IMG/VR virus record: IMGVR_UViG_3300030433_001358
Coordinates: 1 to 64,000 of that record
Reading direction: 5' to 3' (one strand)
Source of the DNA: a virus
Taxonomy: Duplodnaviria > Caudoviricetes
Length of the DNA: 64,000 nt
Positions 25,254 through 36,260 of this stretch are shown one piece after another (position 1 is the first letter of the stretch; every line of letters begins with the position of its first letter). Below the pieces are notes generated by a model, which was not told where the DNA came from, ran no database searches, and saw only the letters and a list, made by a program, of their open reading frames with translations. The translations under genes were made by a program, and so were the position numbers.

Positions 25254-27176
25254 ATGCCTGCCATCGCAAATTATTATGCTAGTCTTGGTTTCAGGGTAGA
25301 TAAGAAAGAGCTTCGTAAAGTTGATACTCACCTGAAAAAGATTGAGCGTAGACTTAAAAGGTTTAGTAAAGGTGTTGATAATGGGATGCGTCTCAAGATT
25401 GACCTCAAGAACTTCGATGTTGATGAACGTAAGTTACGGATGACTCTCGGTAATGCTTTTGACAGAATTAGTCAAGGGTTAGTATTTCAGATTAACAAGT
25501 TTGCTGTAAACGAAAGAAATCTTAGAGCTTCGATGTTGAGGGCCGCAAGACGTGTTGGTGATATTCCTGTAAATGCTAATGTAAGAGATATAGGTGGTGT
25601 AAACCACAGGACGGCTCTGGGTGCTGGTGGTATAGCTGGTATGACTTCCAGCTTGTATTATGGAGCTATGCGTCCTGCTTTTGTGGCTGGTGCAGCTATG
25701 TATGGGCTAGGTCGTGTTAATAGAATGAACCAAGAAGTTGTTTCTGCACAACTCCAAACTCAGGCCGTTGCTCAGGCTTATGGTGGTACAGCAGCTCAAG
25801 GGGAAGCTAACTTCAATTGGTTACGGGAGCAGGCAGATCGTGTAGGCTTTTCCTATATGGATGCTTCCAGTGACTTTAATATGCTGACTTCCAACCTTCT
25901 AGGTACTGGTGCAACAAATGAAGAAGCCCGTCAAGTCTTCATGGGTTTTTCTGAATATGGTCGCGTAAACAAGTTGTCAAACGCTAGGCAGAACTTAGTG
26001 TTCAACGCCTTGGGTCAGATCGCAGGTAAGAATGCCCTGCAAGCAGAAGAATTGACAAAGCAGTTGGGTAACAGCTTACCCGGTGCAAAGTCTATTTTTG
26101 CTGAGGCATGGCAGAGGAAAACAGGAGGCCGTTTACAAGGACAACAGGCAATTGCTGCTCTTGAAGAAGCCATGCAGAAAGGTTTGGTTAAGGGAGATAT
26201 CCTAACAATCGCTGCCCAGATTGCTTCGGAGATGGCCCAACCCGGATTGTCTGCTGCGTCCAGAGCATCTCAAGCAGAACAGAATAGATTTAGAAACATG
26301 GTGGCCAATTCTTCCATCATAGCCTCTGATAACGGTCTTGAGCAAGGATACGCCCGGTTATTCAGATCAATGACTGTAGCTCTAAAAGAAGCAGAACCTA
26401 CTATTGTAGCAATCTCAAAAGCCTTCAATGAAATTAGTAAAGTAGCATCTGCAATCATCCTAATTCCCCAGTCTATCAGACGTGCATTTGAAGGAAGAGA
26501 TAGTCTTGTAGCTGATCTTCTAGGAGAAGAGAATGTTCAACTTCTCAAGTCATTTACAGAAGGCTTGTCTGATATTACAAGTGACTTGAAGGGAATCTTA
26601 ACAACTGCTGTTGAAGGGTGGAAATTACTTTTCAATGAGTTTGGAGATGAAATCTTAGCTGTAATCACAAGCATGACTAATGTTTTGCGTTATTCCATTA
26701 AGGCACTGAACCAAGGGTTGAGTGGTGATATATCAGGGATGAATAACTCCCTTAGGGCTGTACGTGGTTCTCTTGCAGGTATGTCTCCAACAGAAGTTGC
26801 ACAAATCGCCCAAGGGCAAGGAGAAACACCGAGTCTGGCTTCTATGGCTGCTGGCTATTATGGAATGATTTTGCAAAACAGTCCTCCGGGTCAAGCATGG
26901 GAGAGAATGGTTAAACCTGCTTGGCAATATGGTCTTGCTTCTGTTGTTGGACCGGGATATTCCAAAGACGTTCCTTGGATGGCTAAGCGCTGGGAAGATT
27001 ATTACAATCAGCAGAATATGGCTAACGGCAATAACACAGAAGTCACTTTCGGTCCTAATAGTCTTATCATCCAAACACAAGCTACTGATGCTGAGGGTAT
27101 TGCAAGAGATTTGAAGCCTGCCCTGAACAGTCTAATTGGCGAAGAACTCCTCATGTGGGGTCAAGGAGAGAACTAA
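25254..27176 (+). CDS. tape measure protein
   Basis: 640 aa Ala/Gly-rich; tape-measure domain motifs (ALGQIAGK..LQAEEL..QLG..LPGA). Confidence 0.85.
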   Translation: MPAIANYYASLGFRVDKKELRKVDTHLKKIERRLKRFSKGVDNGMRLKIDLKNFDVDERKLRMTLGNAFDRISQGLVFQINKFAVNERNLRASMLRAARRVGDIPVNANVRDIGGVNHRTALGAGGIAGMTSSLYYGAMRPAFVAGAAMYGLGRVNRMNQEVVSAQLQTQAVAQAYGGTAAQGEANFNWLREQADRVGFSYMDASSDFNMLTSNLLGTGATNEEARQVFMGFSEYGRVNKLSNARQNLVFNALGQIAGKNALQAEELTKQLGNSLPGAKSIFAEAWQRKTGGRLQGQQAIAALEEAMQKGLVKGDILTIAAQIASEMAQPGLSAASRASQAEQNRFRNMVANSSIIASDNGLEQGYARLFRSMTVALKEAEPTIVAISKAFNEISKVASAIILIPQSIRRAFEGRDSLVADLLGEENVQLLKSFTEGLSDITSDLKGILTTAVEGWKLLFNEFGDEILAVITSMTNVLRYSIKALNQGLSGDISGMNNSLRAVRGSLAGMSPTEVAQIAQGQGETPSLASMAAGYYGMILQNSPPGQAWERMVKPAWQYGLASVVGPGYSKDVPWMAKRWEDYYNQQNMANGNNTEVTFGPNSLIIQTQATDAEGIARDLKPALNSLIGEELLMWGQGEN

Positions 27177-27982
27177 TGTCTTTAGCCCTAAAATGGGGAG
27201 ATAATAACACAGAGGATGGCGGGTTTATCTTCTTTGATGCTATTACAGCATACTCCCAAAATTATAGTGGTCAGGTAACTAAACATCCTATTGATGCTGG
27301 TGCTTCTGTTGTAGATCATTATGTTAAGAATAACCCTGTCTTCACTCTGTCTGCTGTTATTACAGGGGTGGATGTGTCTACAGGGTCTTATCTTATCCAA
27401 GACACGGAAGGGAATACTCCTGTCAACACAAGACCTGCACCTTCTGCTGTATCTGTAAACTCAACAAACGATAGTATTCTTTCTCAATACCTTCCAAGTT
27501 CTATTGGGCAGTTTCTTCCATTTTCAACTCCGAACGTAGTAATGGATGAGGCACGAGAAGAACTGATTGACCAGATCAGAGATGCTTTGATTGATCTTAC
27601 GTCTGGTAGTAGGTTTAATGAGCAGACAGATCAAGTTGAAAGTAATATTCAGTTGGTAAAACTCTTTGAATATAAAGAGACATTCCTGAACAGAGTGGTG
27701 AATAATCTAGTTATCACCAATATTAAGTTTAATGAAGTAGCTGATACAGGTTATGCCTTGTATTGTGATATTACTTTTGAACAAGTGATGTTCGCCTCTC
27801 TCAGACTGGAAGAGATTCCCAAGGATGTACAAGAAGCTCTAAGACCAAGAGCAAGTACAAGGCGTTCACAAGGGATGTGCGATAGTACAGAGAGAAACAC
27901 AGAAGACCCAGACAACACAGACCCAGACTCTAAGAAAGAGGCTATTGAGGACTCTGATCCATTACGGACAGTAGGAGAATAA
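27155..27982 (+). CDS. baseplate/tail tube initiator-type protein
   Basis: VTKHPID.GASVVDH motif; true start probably the ATG at 27176. Confidence 0.65.
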   Translation: MGSRRELMSLALKWGDNNTEDGGFIFFDAITAYSQNYSGQVTKHPIDAGASVVDHYVKNNPVFTLSAVITGVDVSTGSYLIQDTEGNTPVNTRPAPSAVSVNSTNDSILSQYLPSSIGQFLPFSTPNVVMDEAREELIDQIRDALIDLTSGSRFNEQTDQVESNIQLVKLFEYKETFLNRVVNNLVITNIKFNEVADTGYALYCDITFEQVMFASLRLEEIPKDVQEALRPRASTRRSQGMCDSTERNTEDPDNTDPDSKKEAIEDSDPLRTVGE

Positions 27983-27984
27983 TA

Positions 27985-28317
27985 TTGGTTATTTATGTAG
28001 ATATTCCAATTATCCAGTATCCTCATTATGACTTGTCTATTTCTTTAGAGGGTAACTCTTACATTCTTGAGTTTAAGTATGTTGAGAGGATGGGGTTGTA
28101 CACACTCTCTCTCTATGATGCTGAACGTAATCCGATCATTCTTGGCTCTGCTGTTGTTCCTGAATATCCTATGTTTGCAGACTACGCTATCCCAAATCTC
28201 TCAGGGTACTTCCTACTTACAAGTAAAGGTAACGTAGGTCCAGAGCCATACAAGCTGTACCCAGAAAATATCAATGAATACTACTATATGGTTTATGTTT
28301 ATAACGCGGAGGAATAA
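27985..28317 (+). CDS. virion structural protein (baseplate)
   Basis: 110 aa; ISLEG..Y.L.F.Y motif; synteny. Confidence 0.6.
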   Translation: MVIYVDIPIIQYPHYDLSISLEGNSYILEFKYVERMGLYTLSLYDAERNPIILGSAVVPEYPMFADYAIPNLSGYFLLTSKGNVGPEPYKLYPENINEYYYMVYVYNAEE

Positions 28318-29216
28318 TGGTTGAAGTTAATAAGCTCTACCAAGTAAACCGCGTTTACAGATTCCAAGTAGGGGATGCTATTACAGGGCAAGGTCTTGAT
28401 CTTAGTCAACACCAAGTAACTTTCGATATCAGTAAAACTTCAGACAATACTAACAAGACAAACTCTGCAAGTATTGAAGTTTATAACTTGTCTGACGAAC
28501 ATTTGAAAGTTGTTGATATTGATTATCCTGCTGCTGTGTTTGAATGTGGATACAGAGATATTGGTATTAAGAGGTTGTTTGCTGGTAAGGTTGCAGATAT
28601 TACCACACGTAAAAGTGGTACAGATAGGGTCACACAGTTTGTCCTTGGTTCTGCATACACAGAGATTAACCACAATCTAATGTCATCTTTGGTTGCTCCG
28701 GGCAGGACAGTACAAGATGTAGCGGAAGATATTCGTAAAGCTATCCCCGGTGTTAATCGCGGTGTATACAATGGAACCAATCTAACCAATCCCATTCTTT
28801 ATGGTTATCCTCTGCAAGGTACTCCACGTCACATGCTAGATGAACTGGCTAAGAAGTATAGTCTAGAGTGGCAGATTGACGATGATGTTCTATATGTCCA
28901 TGATAACGATAGAGCAAATACAGAGAACTTTGAACAAGCCTATGTTGTGTCTAAGTTTACAGGTTTGATTGAAAATGCTTACCGCGTAAGTGGAGACTCA
29001 AGGCGTTCTTCAAGAGACAAAGCAAAGAAACCTGCTGTTCAATGGAAGATGCTACTTAACCCAGATATTGTTTGTGGTTCAATTGTTAAGTTGGAAGACA
29101 CTCTCCTTTCTGGTTGGTATAAAGTGACCTCACTACGGCACTATGGAGACTTCAGAGGTACTAACTGGTACACAGATATTCGGGCAGAAGCCATCACAAA
29201 AGTTAATAAGTTTTAG
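28317..29216 (+). CDS. baseplate hub protein
   Basis: FDISK...N.ASIEVYNLS...GY; LNPDI..G..VKL. Confidence 0.7.
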   Translation: MVEVNKLYQVNRVYRFQVGDAITGQGLDLSQHQVTFDISKTSDNTNKTNSASIEVYNLSDEHLKVVDIDYPAAVFECGYRDIGIKRLFAGKVADITTRKSGTDRVTQFVLGSAYTEINHNLMSSLVAPGRTVQDVAEDIRKAIPGVNRGVYNGTNLTNPILYGYPLQGTPRHMLDELAKKYSLEWQIDDDVLYVHDNDRANTENFEQAYVVSKFTGLIENAYRVSGDSRRSSRDKAKKPAVQWKMLLNPDIVCGSIVKLEDTLLSGWYKVTSLRHYGDFRGTNWYTDIRAEAITKVNKF

Positions 29217-29224
29217 AGGCTAAT

Positions 29225-29995
29225 ATGAGCGATAAACAAGGCACTCTACAAGAGCTTCTAGTGGCCTCCTTTAACTACCAAACAGATAACCTATACACCG
29301 CTATTCCTTGCATCGTTATCGCTGTCAGAGAGGCTGGTGACACTGCTCTCGTGGACATTCAGCCTACAGTCAATCAAAGATTAGTAGATGGAACTGTAAG
29401 TGAAAGAGCACCTATCCTTGGTGTTCCTGTTAGCTTCCCTATCAGTAGTGATGCTGGAGTAATATTCCCTATCAAAGTTGGTACTACAGGCACTGCTATC
29501 TTCTCTATGAGAAGTATTGAGTCTTGGAAAGCTGGGAACGGTAGACCACGTTCACCAACAGTACAGTCTAAGTTTGATAAGAGTGATGCCATCTTCTTTC
29601 CCGGTATTCAACCCCCCGGTGTAACTATAGTTAATCCTACTAAACATGTATGGTCTCACACCAACGAAGATGTTGTTGTATTCAACAATGTAGGGTCTGG
29701 TACAGAGAATGAAGTGCGATTGAAGGCTTCTGGTGAGATAGTGATTAACACAAACCAGAATGTATCTGTTAATTGTAATAATGCCTCTATCACTGCTCAA
29801 GGTGAAGTAGCGATTGATTGTTCTAATTTTGATCTAACGGCAGATACAGCAACCTTTGCTATTGGGAACACAACATGGCAAGGAACCTTCACTGGCAATG
29901 GTGCCAGCTTCACATTCAATGGTCTTGAGTACAACACACACTATCACACCAATGTTTCACCGGGTAGTGGTAATTCTGGTGGTCCTGTTAGCTAA
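29225..29995 (+). CDS. baseplate central spike (Gp138/V-like)
   Basis: YTAIPCIV...VDIQP; C-terminal HYH iron-binding motif. Confidence 0.8.
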   Translation: MSDKQGTLQELLVASFNYQTDNLYTAIPCIVIAVREAGDTALVDIQPTVNQRLVDGTVSERAPILGVPVSFPISSDAGVIFPIKVGTTGTAIFSMRSIESWKAGNGRPRSPTVQSKFDKSDAIFFPGIQPPGVTIVNPTKHVWSHTNEDVVVFNNVGSGTENEVRLKASGEIVINTNQNVSVNCNNASITAQGEVAIDCSNFDLTADTATFAIGNTTWQGTFTGNGASFTFNGLEYNTHYHTNVSPGSGNSGGPVS

Positions 29996-30004
29996 GGAGA
30001 TTTA

Positions 30005-30391
30005 ATGGATATCAAATTAGATTTAAACCCCATCTCTCCTAGCTATGGGGATGCTGTATTTAAGAATGGTCCGCTGACAAAAGAAGATGTTACCCAACCT
30101 TTTACAGAGAATGTAGGGCAGAGGTTAAGACTTAGATTGCTAACCTTTGAAGGAGAATACTTCCTTGATACAACCTACGGAGTGCCTTGGTGGCAACGCA
30201 TTCTCGGACGTAAACCAACTAAGTCAGCAGTAGATCAGATTCTACAACAAGAGATTCTAGATGAACGTGGTGTAAAGGAGATTACATTCTTCTCCTCCAC
30301 GTTTGCTAACAGACAATATTCAGCTTCATTCCGCGTTAAGTGTGTGAATGGAGAGGAAACACAAACAATCAATATCAATCCTGTAAACTAA
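30005..30391 (+). CDS. baseplate wedge protein (gp25/W-like)
   Basis: QRLRLRL.TFEGEYFLD..YGVPW. Confidence 0.75.
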   Translation: MDIKLDLNPISPSYGDAVFKNGPLTKEDVTQPFTENVGQRLRLRLLTFEGEYFLDTTYGVPWWQRILGRKPTKSAVDQILQQEILDERGVKEITFFSSTFANRQYSASFRVKCVNGEETQTININPVN

Positions 30392-30399
30392 GGTAGATT

Positions 30400-31863
30400 A
30401 TGGCAGATTACGGACTTACAGATCAAGGCTTTAACCTACCACGGCTTGAAGACCTCCTCACAGCTCAAAGACAAAGAGCTGTCACTATTTTCCAAGACCT
30501 TTTAAGCCCCGGTGATGTAGTAGATACTTCCCCATCTTCTCTACTAGGGCGATTGATTGCAATTGATGCAGCAGGGGATGCTGACCTGTGGGAAGTAGCT
30601 CAACTCCTCTATTCAGCTTTTGATCCTAATAGTGCCACTGGTGTAGCTCTAGATAACCTAGTACAATATGCTGGTATTGAAAGGGAAGGGGATTCCTATT
30701 CCACGGTATCAGGGTTATTTGCAGGTAGCACAGGTACACTGATTAGCTCCGGTAGTGTTGTCTCTGACGTTAATACAAATAATCAGTTTGAAGTGGTGTC
30801 TAGTGTTGCTTTATCTCCAACAGCCTGTGCTGGTGTTACTCTCACTATTCAATCTGTTGCAAACAACACTAACTATTCTCTGACATACACAACCTCTGGT
30901 GGTAGTTCTGTAATTACATACACCTCAGATGCTGATGCTACAAGCTCAGAGATTCTAAATGGTTTACAATCTCTAATTGCATCCAGTCATCCGCTACTGA
31001 TTGCTTCTGTTGTTGGTAGTACATTGGTTGTCAATAGGGCTGATGTATTCCAAACAAGTACATTCTCTGTTACCAACAACCTAGCTATTAGCAAAGTACG
31101 GAAAGTAGGTGATCTACAAGCAGTTGAGGCAGGTGCTATTGAACAAGAAGCTAATACTATCAGCACTATTGTAACTCCTGTTCTCGGTTGGGATAGTATC
31201 ACAAACCCTTTAGCAGCTTCTCCCGGTAGACTTAGAGAGACAGATGAAGAACTGCGTCTACGTTTCCGCAGCACTAAGCTGGATCGTAGTAGTAACATTC
31301 TAGATAGTCTCTATTCAGCTCTCCTGAACGTAGAAGGTGTAGAGGAAGTAGCAATCTATGAGAATGATACAAACGTCACAGACAGCAATGGTGTTCTTGC
31401 TCATAGCTTCCTTCCTGTAGTGCTAGGCGGCAGTAGTCAACAGATTGCAGAAGCTATTTGGTTGAACAAACCTGCTGGTATTCTCAGTCAAGGTAATACA
31501 ACTATTTCTATCCTAAATAGTCAAGGGTTTGCACATAATATCTCTTTTGATCGTCCTATCCCCGTCACTATCTATGTTGAAGTGAACATCTCCATTGATC
31601 CTGAATCAGATGTATCCTTCCTCGGTGATGGTGCAGATCAAATTAAAGCTGCCATTATTGACTATGCAGGTAACAACTTTGGTGTTGGTAAGGATGTTAT
31701 CTATAGCCGTTTGTTCACACCTATCAATACAGTAGGTGGTCACCAAGTAGATAGCTTGTATATCGGTACTTCCCCTTCCCCTGTTGGTACTAGCAATTTG
31801 GTTATTGACTTCAATGAACTTTCTAGCTTTGAGACAGCGAATATCGTTGTTAATGTAGCATAA
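30400..31863 (+). CDS. baseplate J-like wedge protein
   Basis: YGLTDQGF start; G..RETDEELRLR motif. Confidence 0.85.
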   Translation: MADYGLTDQGFNLPRLEDLLTAQRQRAVTIFQDLLSPGDVVDTSPSSLLGRLIAIDAAGDADLWEVAQLLYSAFDPNSATGVALDNLVQYAGIEREGDSYSTVSGLFAGSTGTLISSGSVVSDVNTNNQFEVVSSVALSPTACAGVTLTIQSVANNTNYSLTYTTSGGSSVITYTSDADATSSEILNGLQSLIASSHPLLIASVVGSTLVVNRADVFQTSTFSVTNNLAISKVRKVGDLQAVEAGAIEQEANTISTIVTPVLGWDSITNPLAASPGRLRETDEELRLRFRSTKLDRSSNILDSLYSALLNVEGVEEVAIYENDTNVTDSNGVLAHSFLPVVLGGSSQQIAEAIWLNKPAGILSQGNTTISILNSQGFAHNISFDRPIPVTIYVEVNISIDPESDVSFLGDGADQIKAAIIDYAGNNFGVGKDVIYSRLFTPINTVGGHQVDSLYIGTSPSPVGTSNLVIDFNELSSFETANIVVNVA

Positions 31864-31872
31864 GGAGATACA

Positions 31873-32664
31873 ATGGCTATCGTACCTTACGAAAGTATAG
31901 ACTACTTAACAGAAGCTAGAGGAAGGGTTACAGAACAGCTTAAAGAGAAGGATGTTTTTGATAGGTACATTCAACTCCTGATTGCTGAACAGACAGAGAT
32001 TCAAAACACGTTCAAAGACCTTCTTCAAAAGAGAAGTATTGATGAGGCTGCTGGTGCTCAACTAGACATCATCGGAAGAATCGTAGGGCAATCAAGAGAA
32101 CTAATCTCTGTAGACAACTTTGACTTCTTTGGTTTTGCTGGAGCACCTAAAGCTGGTTCTTTTGGTACTGTTGGTAATCCTCAGATTGGTAGTAAGTTTT
32201 GGAGTATTGGAACACCTTTAGCTGGTAACGTCCTTCTTGATGATGAAACATACCGGCTGTTCATTAAGGCTAAGATTCTAAAGAACCAAACAGCATCTAC
32301 CCCTGAAGAAGTGTTGGCATTTGTCAACTTCTTGTTTGGAACAGAACAATCTGCAATCTTTGAAGGACAAGCTGAATACACCATCATGTTTGGTAGGGTG
32401 TTGAGCTTGTTTGAACAAAACCTACTGAATTACATCACCAACTCTCCCGGCTATCCATCACGACTAATCCCTAAAACAGTGGGTGTAAGGATTAACTTTG
32501 GTTACTTCTTGGCTGGACAATACTTCGGATTCCAAGGTGTTCCGGGTGCTCTTGGGTTTGGTGATCTAAGCGGCACCTATGGATATGGTCTTGGTTACGG
32601 TATTGGTTATGGTGCATCTGACTTTTCATTGGAAGGTGGCGGGTACTTCGCATCTCTTTTTTAA
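31873..32664 (+). CDS. baseplate protein (DUF2612-like)
   Basis: A.GAQLDIIGRIVG, FFGF, L.DE.YRLFIKAKI. Confidence 0.8.
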   Translation: MAIVPYESIDYLTEARGRVTEQLKEKDVFDRYIQLLIAEQTEIQNTFKDLLQKRSIDEAAGAQLDIIGRIVGQSRELISVDNFDFFGFAGAPKAGSFGTVGNPQIGSKFWSIGTPLAGNVLLDDETYRLFIKAKILKNQTASTPEEVLAFVNFLFGTEQSAIFEGQAEYTIMFGRVLSLFEQNLLNYITNSPGYPSRLIPKTVGVRINFGYFLAGQYFGFQGVPGALGFGDLSGTYGYGLGYGIGYGASDFSLEGGGYFASLF

Positions 32665-32690
32665 TTTTTAAATATATCTGAGGAAACAAA

Positions 32691-33557
32691 ATGGCACAGA
32701 TTTTAAAGCCTTCCGATCTTAGTTTGATTTGGGCTTCTGCTGGGGATTCTCTCGACCCCGGCCCTACTAAATATGCATCTGGCTGGGGAGTTGAGATTCC
32801 TCCTCTCCAAACTTTCAACTACCTTGATAGTCGTCAAGACCAAGCTATTGCTCATATCAACCAACACGGTGTTCCTGTTTGGGATAGTAATACAGAATAT
32901 CAAGAAGATAAGTCTTATGTACAGGGTGTTACAAACGGCACTATCTATCGTTGTGTACAAACCCACACCAACCAAGACCCAGAGACTGATGTATCCAACA
33001 CATACTGGATCATTGCATTCGCTTCTGCTGGTGACTTCTATACCAAGACAGAGGCTAACAATCTCTATCTAGCTAAAGCGTCTAATGGTAGTGACATTCC
33101 TAACGCTGCTACATTCCGTAGTAACATTGATGTATACCAAACCACTCAGGTTTATACTAAAACGGAAGTGGATGCAAAGACTACTGTAGCTTCCACTGCA
33201 CAAGCACAGGCAGGTACATCAAACATTACTTTGATGACTCCCCTGCGTACAGAGGAGTGGGGTAATGCTAACGTATTAGGTATGGGGCAGACTTGGCAGG
33301 ATGTTACTGGATCAAGAGTGCTGGGGGTGAATTACACCAACACAACTGGACGAGCTATTTGTGTTGTCGTTGCCTCAACGACAACCCTGAACCAGACTGC
33401 TGTGTCAATTACTGTAGACGGCATTGTGGTCAGCAGTATTTCAGTAGATCAGGATGCTGGTGGTGGATTCTTGTCATCATCTGCAATTGTACCAGCGGGT
33501 TCTGTTTATTCAGCCACTGTAGCACCGGGACTTAATTATTGGAGGGAGTTGAGATAA
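32691..33557 (+). CDS. tail fibre protein
   Basis: N-terminal WAS.G baseplate anchor; C-terminal GMGQTWQDVT..R..GV.YTNTTGR tip motif. Confidence 0.8.
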   Translation: MAQILKPSDLSLIWASAGDSLDPGPTKYASGWGVEIPPLQTFNYLDSRQDQAIAHINQHGVPVWDSNTEYQEDKSYVQGVTNGTIYRCVQTHTNQDPETDVSNTYWIIAFASAGDFYTKTEANNLYLAKASNGSDIPNAATFRSNIDVYQTTQVYTKTEVDAKTTVASTAQAQAGTSNITLMTPLRTEEWGNANVLGMGQTWQDVTGSRVLGVNYTNTTGRAICVVVASTTTLNQTAVSITVDGIVVSSISVDQDAGGGFLSSSAIVPAGSVYSATVAPGLNYWRELR

Positions 33558-33898
33558 TGATATACTATAAAGATAAAAACAACACTGTTTTTGCATACGA
33601 AACAGAAGAAGATCGTAAGAAGTTTGGTTCTCCCACTCTTGTAGAAATGAGCGCAGAGGAAGTAGTACAACATACTGCTAAACCTAAAACAGACACCACT
33701 GAGATTCAAGAGCGTCTATGGCGTGACTCAGAACTATCACGTGCAGATATTGAACTATACAAAGTACAAGATAGCGACCCTAAAGCTAAAGGCTCTGTAT
33801 CTGAATGGCGTGAGTACCGCAAGGCTCTCCGAGCTTATCCTGAATCTGAAGGATTCCCAAACCAAGAAAGTCGCCCTGTTGCCCCGGATGCAGCGTAA
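33557..33898 (+). CDS. tail fibre assembly chaperone
   Basis: ER.WRDSEL...D...W..YR.ALR.YP...GFP...RP motif; start at the ATG overlapping the fibre stop. Confidence 0.8.
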   Translation: MIYYKDKNNTVFAYETEEDRKKFGSPTLVEMSAEEVVQHTAKPKTDTTEIQERLWRDSELSRADIELYKVQDSDPKAKGSVSEWREYRKALRAYPESEGFPNQESRPVAPDAA

Positions 33899-33908
33899 GG
33901 AGTAGTAT

Positions 33909-36260
33909 ATGGTACAGCAAATTTCTCCATTCATTGAAGCCAAGTACGGGTGGGGGTATGGGGCTGATAATTGGGACCCCGGAATGGATGAGAACCTTCT
34001 AAAGTTCTCTTTCATGTTTGATGGTAGGGTGGACGGTGTTGTTGCTTCCCTCCCTGCTGCTATTAATGGGCAATCTTATTTCCTCACGACAGATAATCGT
34101 TTCTATTTTGCTGTAGGAACTACATGGTATTCGTCTCCTTGTCCTCAATACTTCGTATTTAAGATTAAGGGTACAGGAGACTATTATCAATACGATGGGA
34201 GTAACGCCGTACAGATTGACAGTCCTGCACAAGCTGAATCTCGCTTCACTGCTATCGAAGCTACTCTATCCTCTCTAGGTACTGCTGCTTTCGAAGATGT
34301 AGCTGACCTTGCAACACAAGCTGAGTTGGATGTTGTAAGTGCTCAAGCTAACGCTTATACGGATACTTTGAGGGATGATCTAGCGGACGACACAAACCCC
34401 GCGAAAGGGGCGGCGATTGTGGGGCGTTCGTCCGTAACCGTGTATTCCCTTGCTGAGATGGCGGCACTGCCTACTAATCGCAAGTTGTCTGCATCTCTTT
34501 CGCTTGGCGGTCGCTCTGGTCATTTCTTCTTCAACTCGTCGGACCTTTCCGCAGAGGTCTCAGCTGACACGCTGCAAGGAATCTACATTGCCACATCATT
34601 CGACCCCACTGGCGCGTCCGGGGCGTGGGTTCGACAGTTTGGGCAGTCTGTAAGCGGCATGCCCGAGGTTAGTCCCGCATGGTGGGGGTCTGATCCTGCG
34701 CTCCCAGACAACACGGCAGCATTTCAGGCTGCGCTTGATACTGGCTTAAATGTAAAAGATACCCGAGACGGAGTGTTTGCCACTGGCGGCTTGTTAATGA
34801 GTACCGCCGGCCAGCGTTTTGAAGGTAGTGTCACGCTTAAAAAAATTGCAAATACAAACATCCAGCATATTCGGGTATTTGCGGATAACTGTTCGGTGCG
34901 CGGGCTTACACTTGACGGAACAGAGCCGCAAAGCGGGTCTACTAACGCGAACGACTCCATCAGGATCGGCACGTTTGAGACTGGCGGCTTTGATGGAGTA
35001 GAAATTCGGAATTGCACGGTGATCGGGGGCAAGGGTGGCGGTATTATGGCCTACCGCTCAAGTAACTGCAAAATCATGTTCAATACCACCCGCAATACTG
35101 GGACAAATGGCATTTTCTTTGGCGGCGGCGGGTCGGACGACAACCAGATCATCGGCAACACGGTTGACGGAACCGCAGGGCAAAACGGAATTTTTATTAC
35201 AGCTAGCCCTGACTCCAGCCCTACGGCTGAATTTATCTACGGGAATATTATTTCGGGCAACACCGTGCGCAACTGTGCGGATACCTGTATTGAATCGGGA
35301 ATCCACGCCGTAGGCACCCGCATATTCGGCAACGTGACAGAGAACTCACCAAATCCGGGGATTTTGGTCCGCGACGGGCTGCGCGTCTCTGTGACTGGGA
35401 ACGATGTTATATCTGGAGCGTCGTCGCTTTCGACATGGGATGGGATTGCTTTCGTTCGGCAAACTGAGCCGTCAACGTGGGCTTATGATTCAAACGTGTC
35501 CAGCAATACTATTTTGCGCAATCATGGACGCAACGGTATTTACATTATTGGCTCGGATGTTTCAGTCACAAACAATACCATCACTGACAATCTAAGAGTC
35601 CCAGCCGCAGACGGATCAGGACTTACCGGATTCGGCATTGCTCTAGGCATAGAAGCTGGCGGGGCAAAAGGAATTGTTATTCGCGGCAATGACGTTTCCC
35701 GAGTAAGCACCGGCATAAATATGAACTTTGCGAACCTAGCGGGCGCAATTCTGACTAACTCAGTGGTGGACAACAACACAGTTAGAGAAACGTCTACCGG
35801 AATCAGCCTTTTCAGATGCGATATGTCCAGATGCTCTGTGTCTCGAAATAGCATTTTTACTGTGGCGCTAAAGGGTTTTGCTACGGCGTCCATGATCGGA
35901 AACAATACAACCGCATGGATTGACAATATTGTCATGCCGGAAGGTTTTACAGTTGTAGGTGGTATTGGTGATCTGCCGCCCGTTGACGTGTACCGTGGCG
36001 ATGACAGAGCTTATGTGGCTAACATCACGCCCGCATCTGTCGCTGCTGGCGCTACGTCTTCTCAAAACTTTACCGTTACCGGCGTTACGGTGCGAGACAC
36101 GGTTTCTGCAAACCCGCCGACAGGGCTGGCAGCAGGGCTAATAATCGCCAGCGTCAGAGTTTCTGCCGCAAACACTGTGACAATCGGTTTTGTAAACGTC
36201 TCCGGTGGCGCAATTGTACCTCCGGCCGGGGAGTGGAAATTTTCGGCGTTAGTTCGATGA
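33909..36260 (+). CDS. tailspike / putative polysaccharide depolymerase (parallel beta-helix)
   Basis: D...DNTAAFQAALD entry motif, then many I.GN.V PbH1-type repeats; GC-rich after about 34390. Confidence 0.8.
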   Translation: MVQQISPFIEAKYGWGYGADNWDPGMDENLLKFSFMFDGRVDGVVASLPAAINGQSYFLTTDNRFYFAVGTTWYSSPCPQYFVFKIKGTGDYYQYDGSNAVQIDSPAQAESRFTAIEATLSSLGTAAFEDVADLATQAELDVVSAQANAYTDTLRDDLADDTNPAKGAAIVGRSSVTVYSLAEMAALPTNRKLSASLSLGGRSGHFFFNSSDLSAEVSADTLQGIYIATSFDPTGASGAWVRQFGQSVSGMPEVSPAWWGSDPALPDNTAAFQAALDTGLNVKDTRDGVFATGGLLMSTAGQRFEGSVTLKKIANTNIQHIRVFADNCSVRGLTLDGTEPQSGSTNANDSIRIGTFETGGFDGVEIRNCTVIGGKGGGIMAYRSSNCKIMFNTTRNTGTNGIFFGGGGSDDNQIIGNTVDGTAGQNGIFITASPDSSPTAEFIYGNIISGNTVRNCADTCIESGIHAVGTRIFGNVTENSPNPGILVRDGLRVSVTGNDVISGASSLSTWDGIAFVRQTEPSTWAYDSNVSSNTILRNHGRNGIYIIGSDVSVTNNTITDNLRVPAADGSGLTGFGIALGIEAGGAKGIVIRGNDVSRVSTGINMNFANLAGAILTNSVVDNNTVRETSTGISLFRCDMSRCSVSRNSIFTVALKGFATASMIGNNTTAWIDNIVMPEGFTVVGGIGDLPPVDVYRGDDRAYVANITPASVAAGATSSQNFTVTGVTVRDTVSANPPTGLAAGLIIASVRVSAANTVTIGFVNVSGGAIVPPAGEWKFSALVR

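Noticed and set aside
32691-36260. Diversity-generating retroelement or invertible tail-fibre system
   Set aside because: No reverse transcriptase, recombinase, template/variable repeat pair or flanking inverted repeats seen
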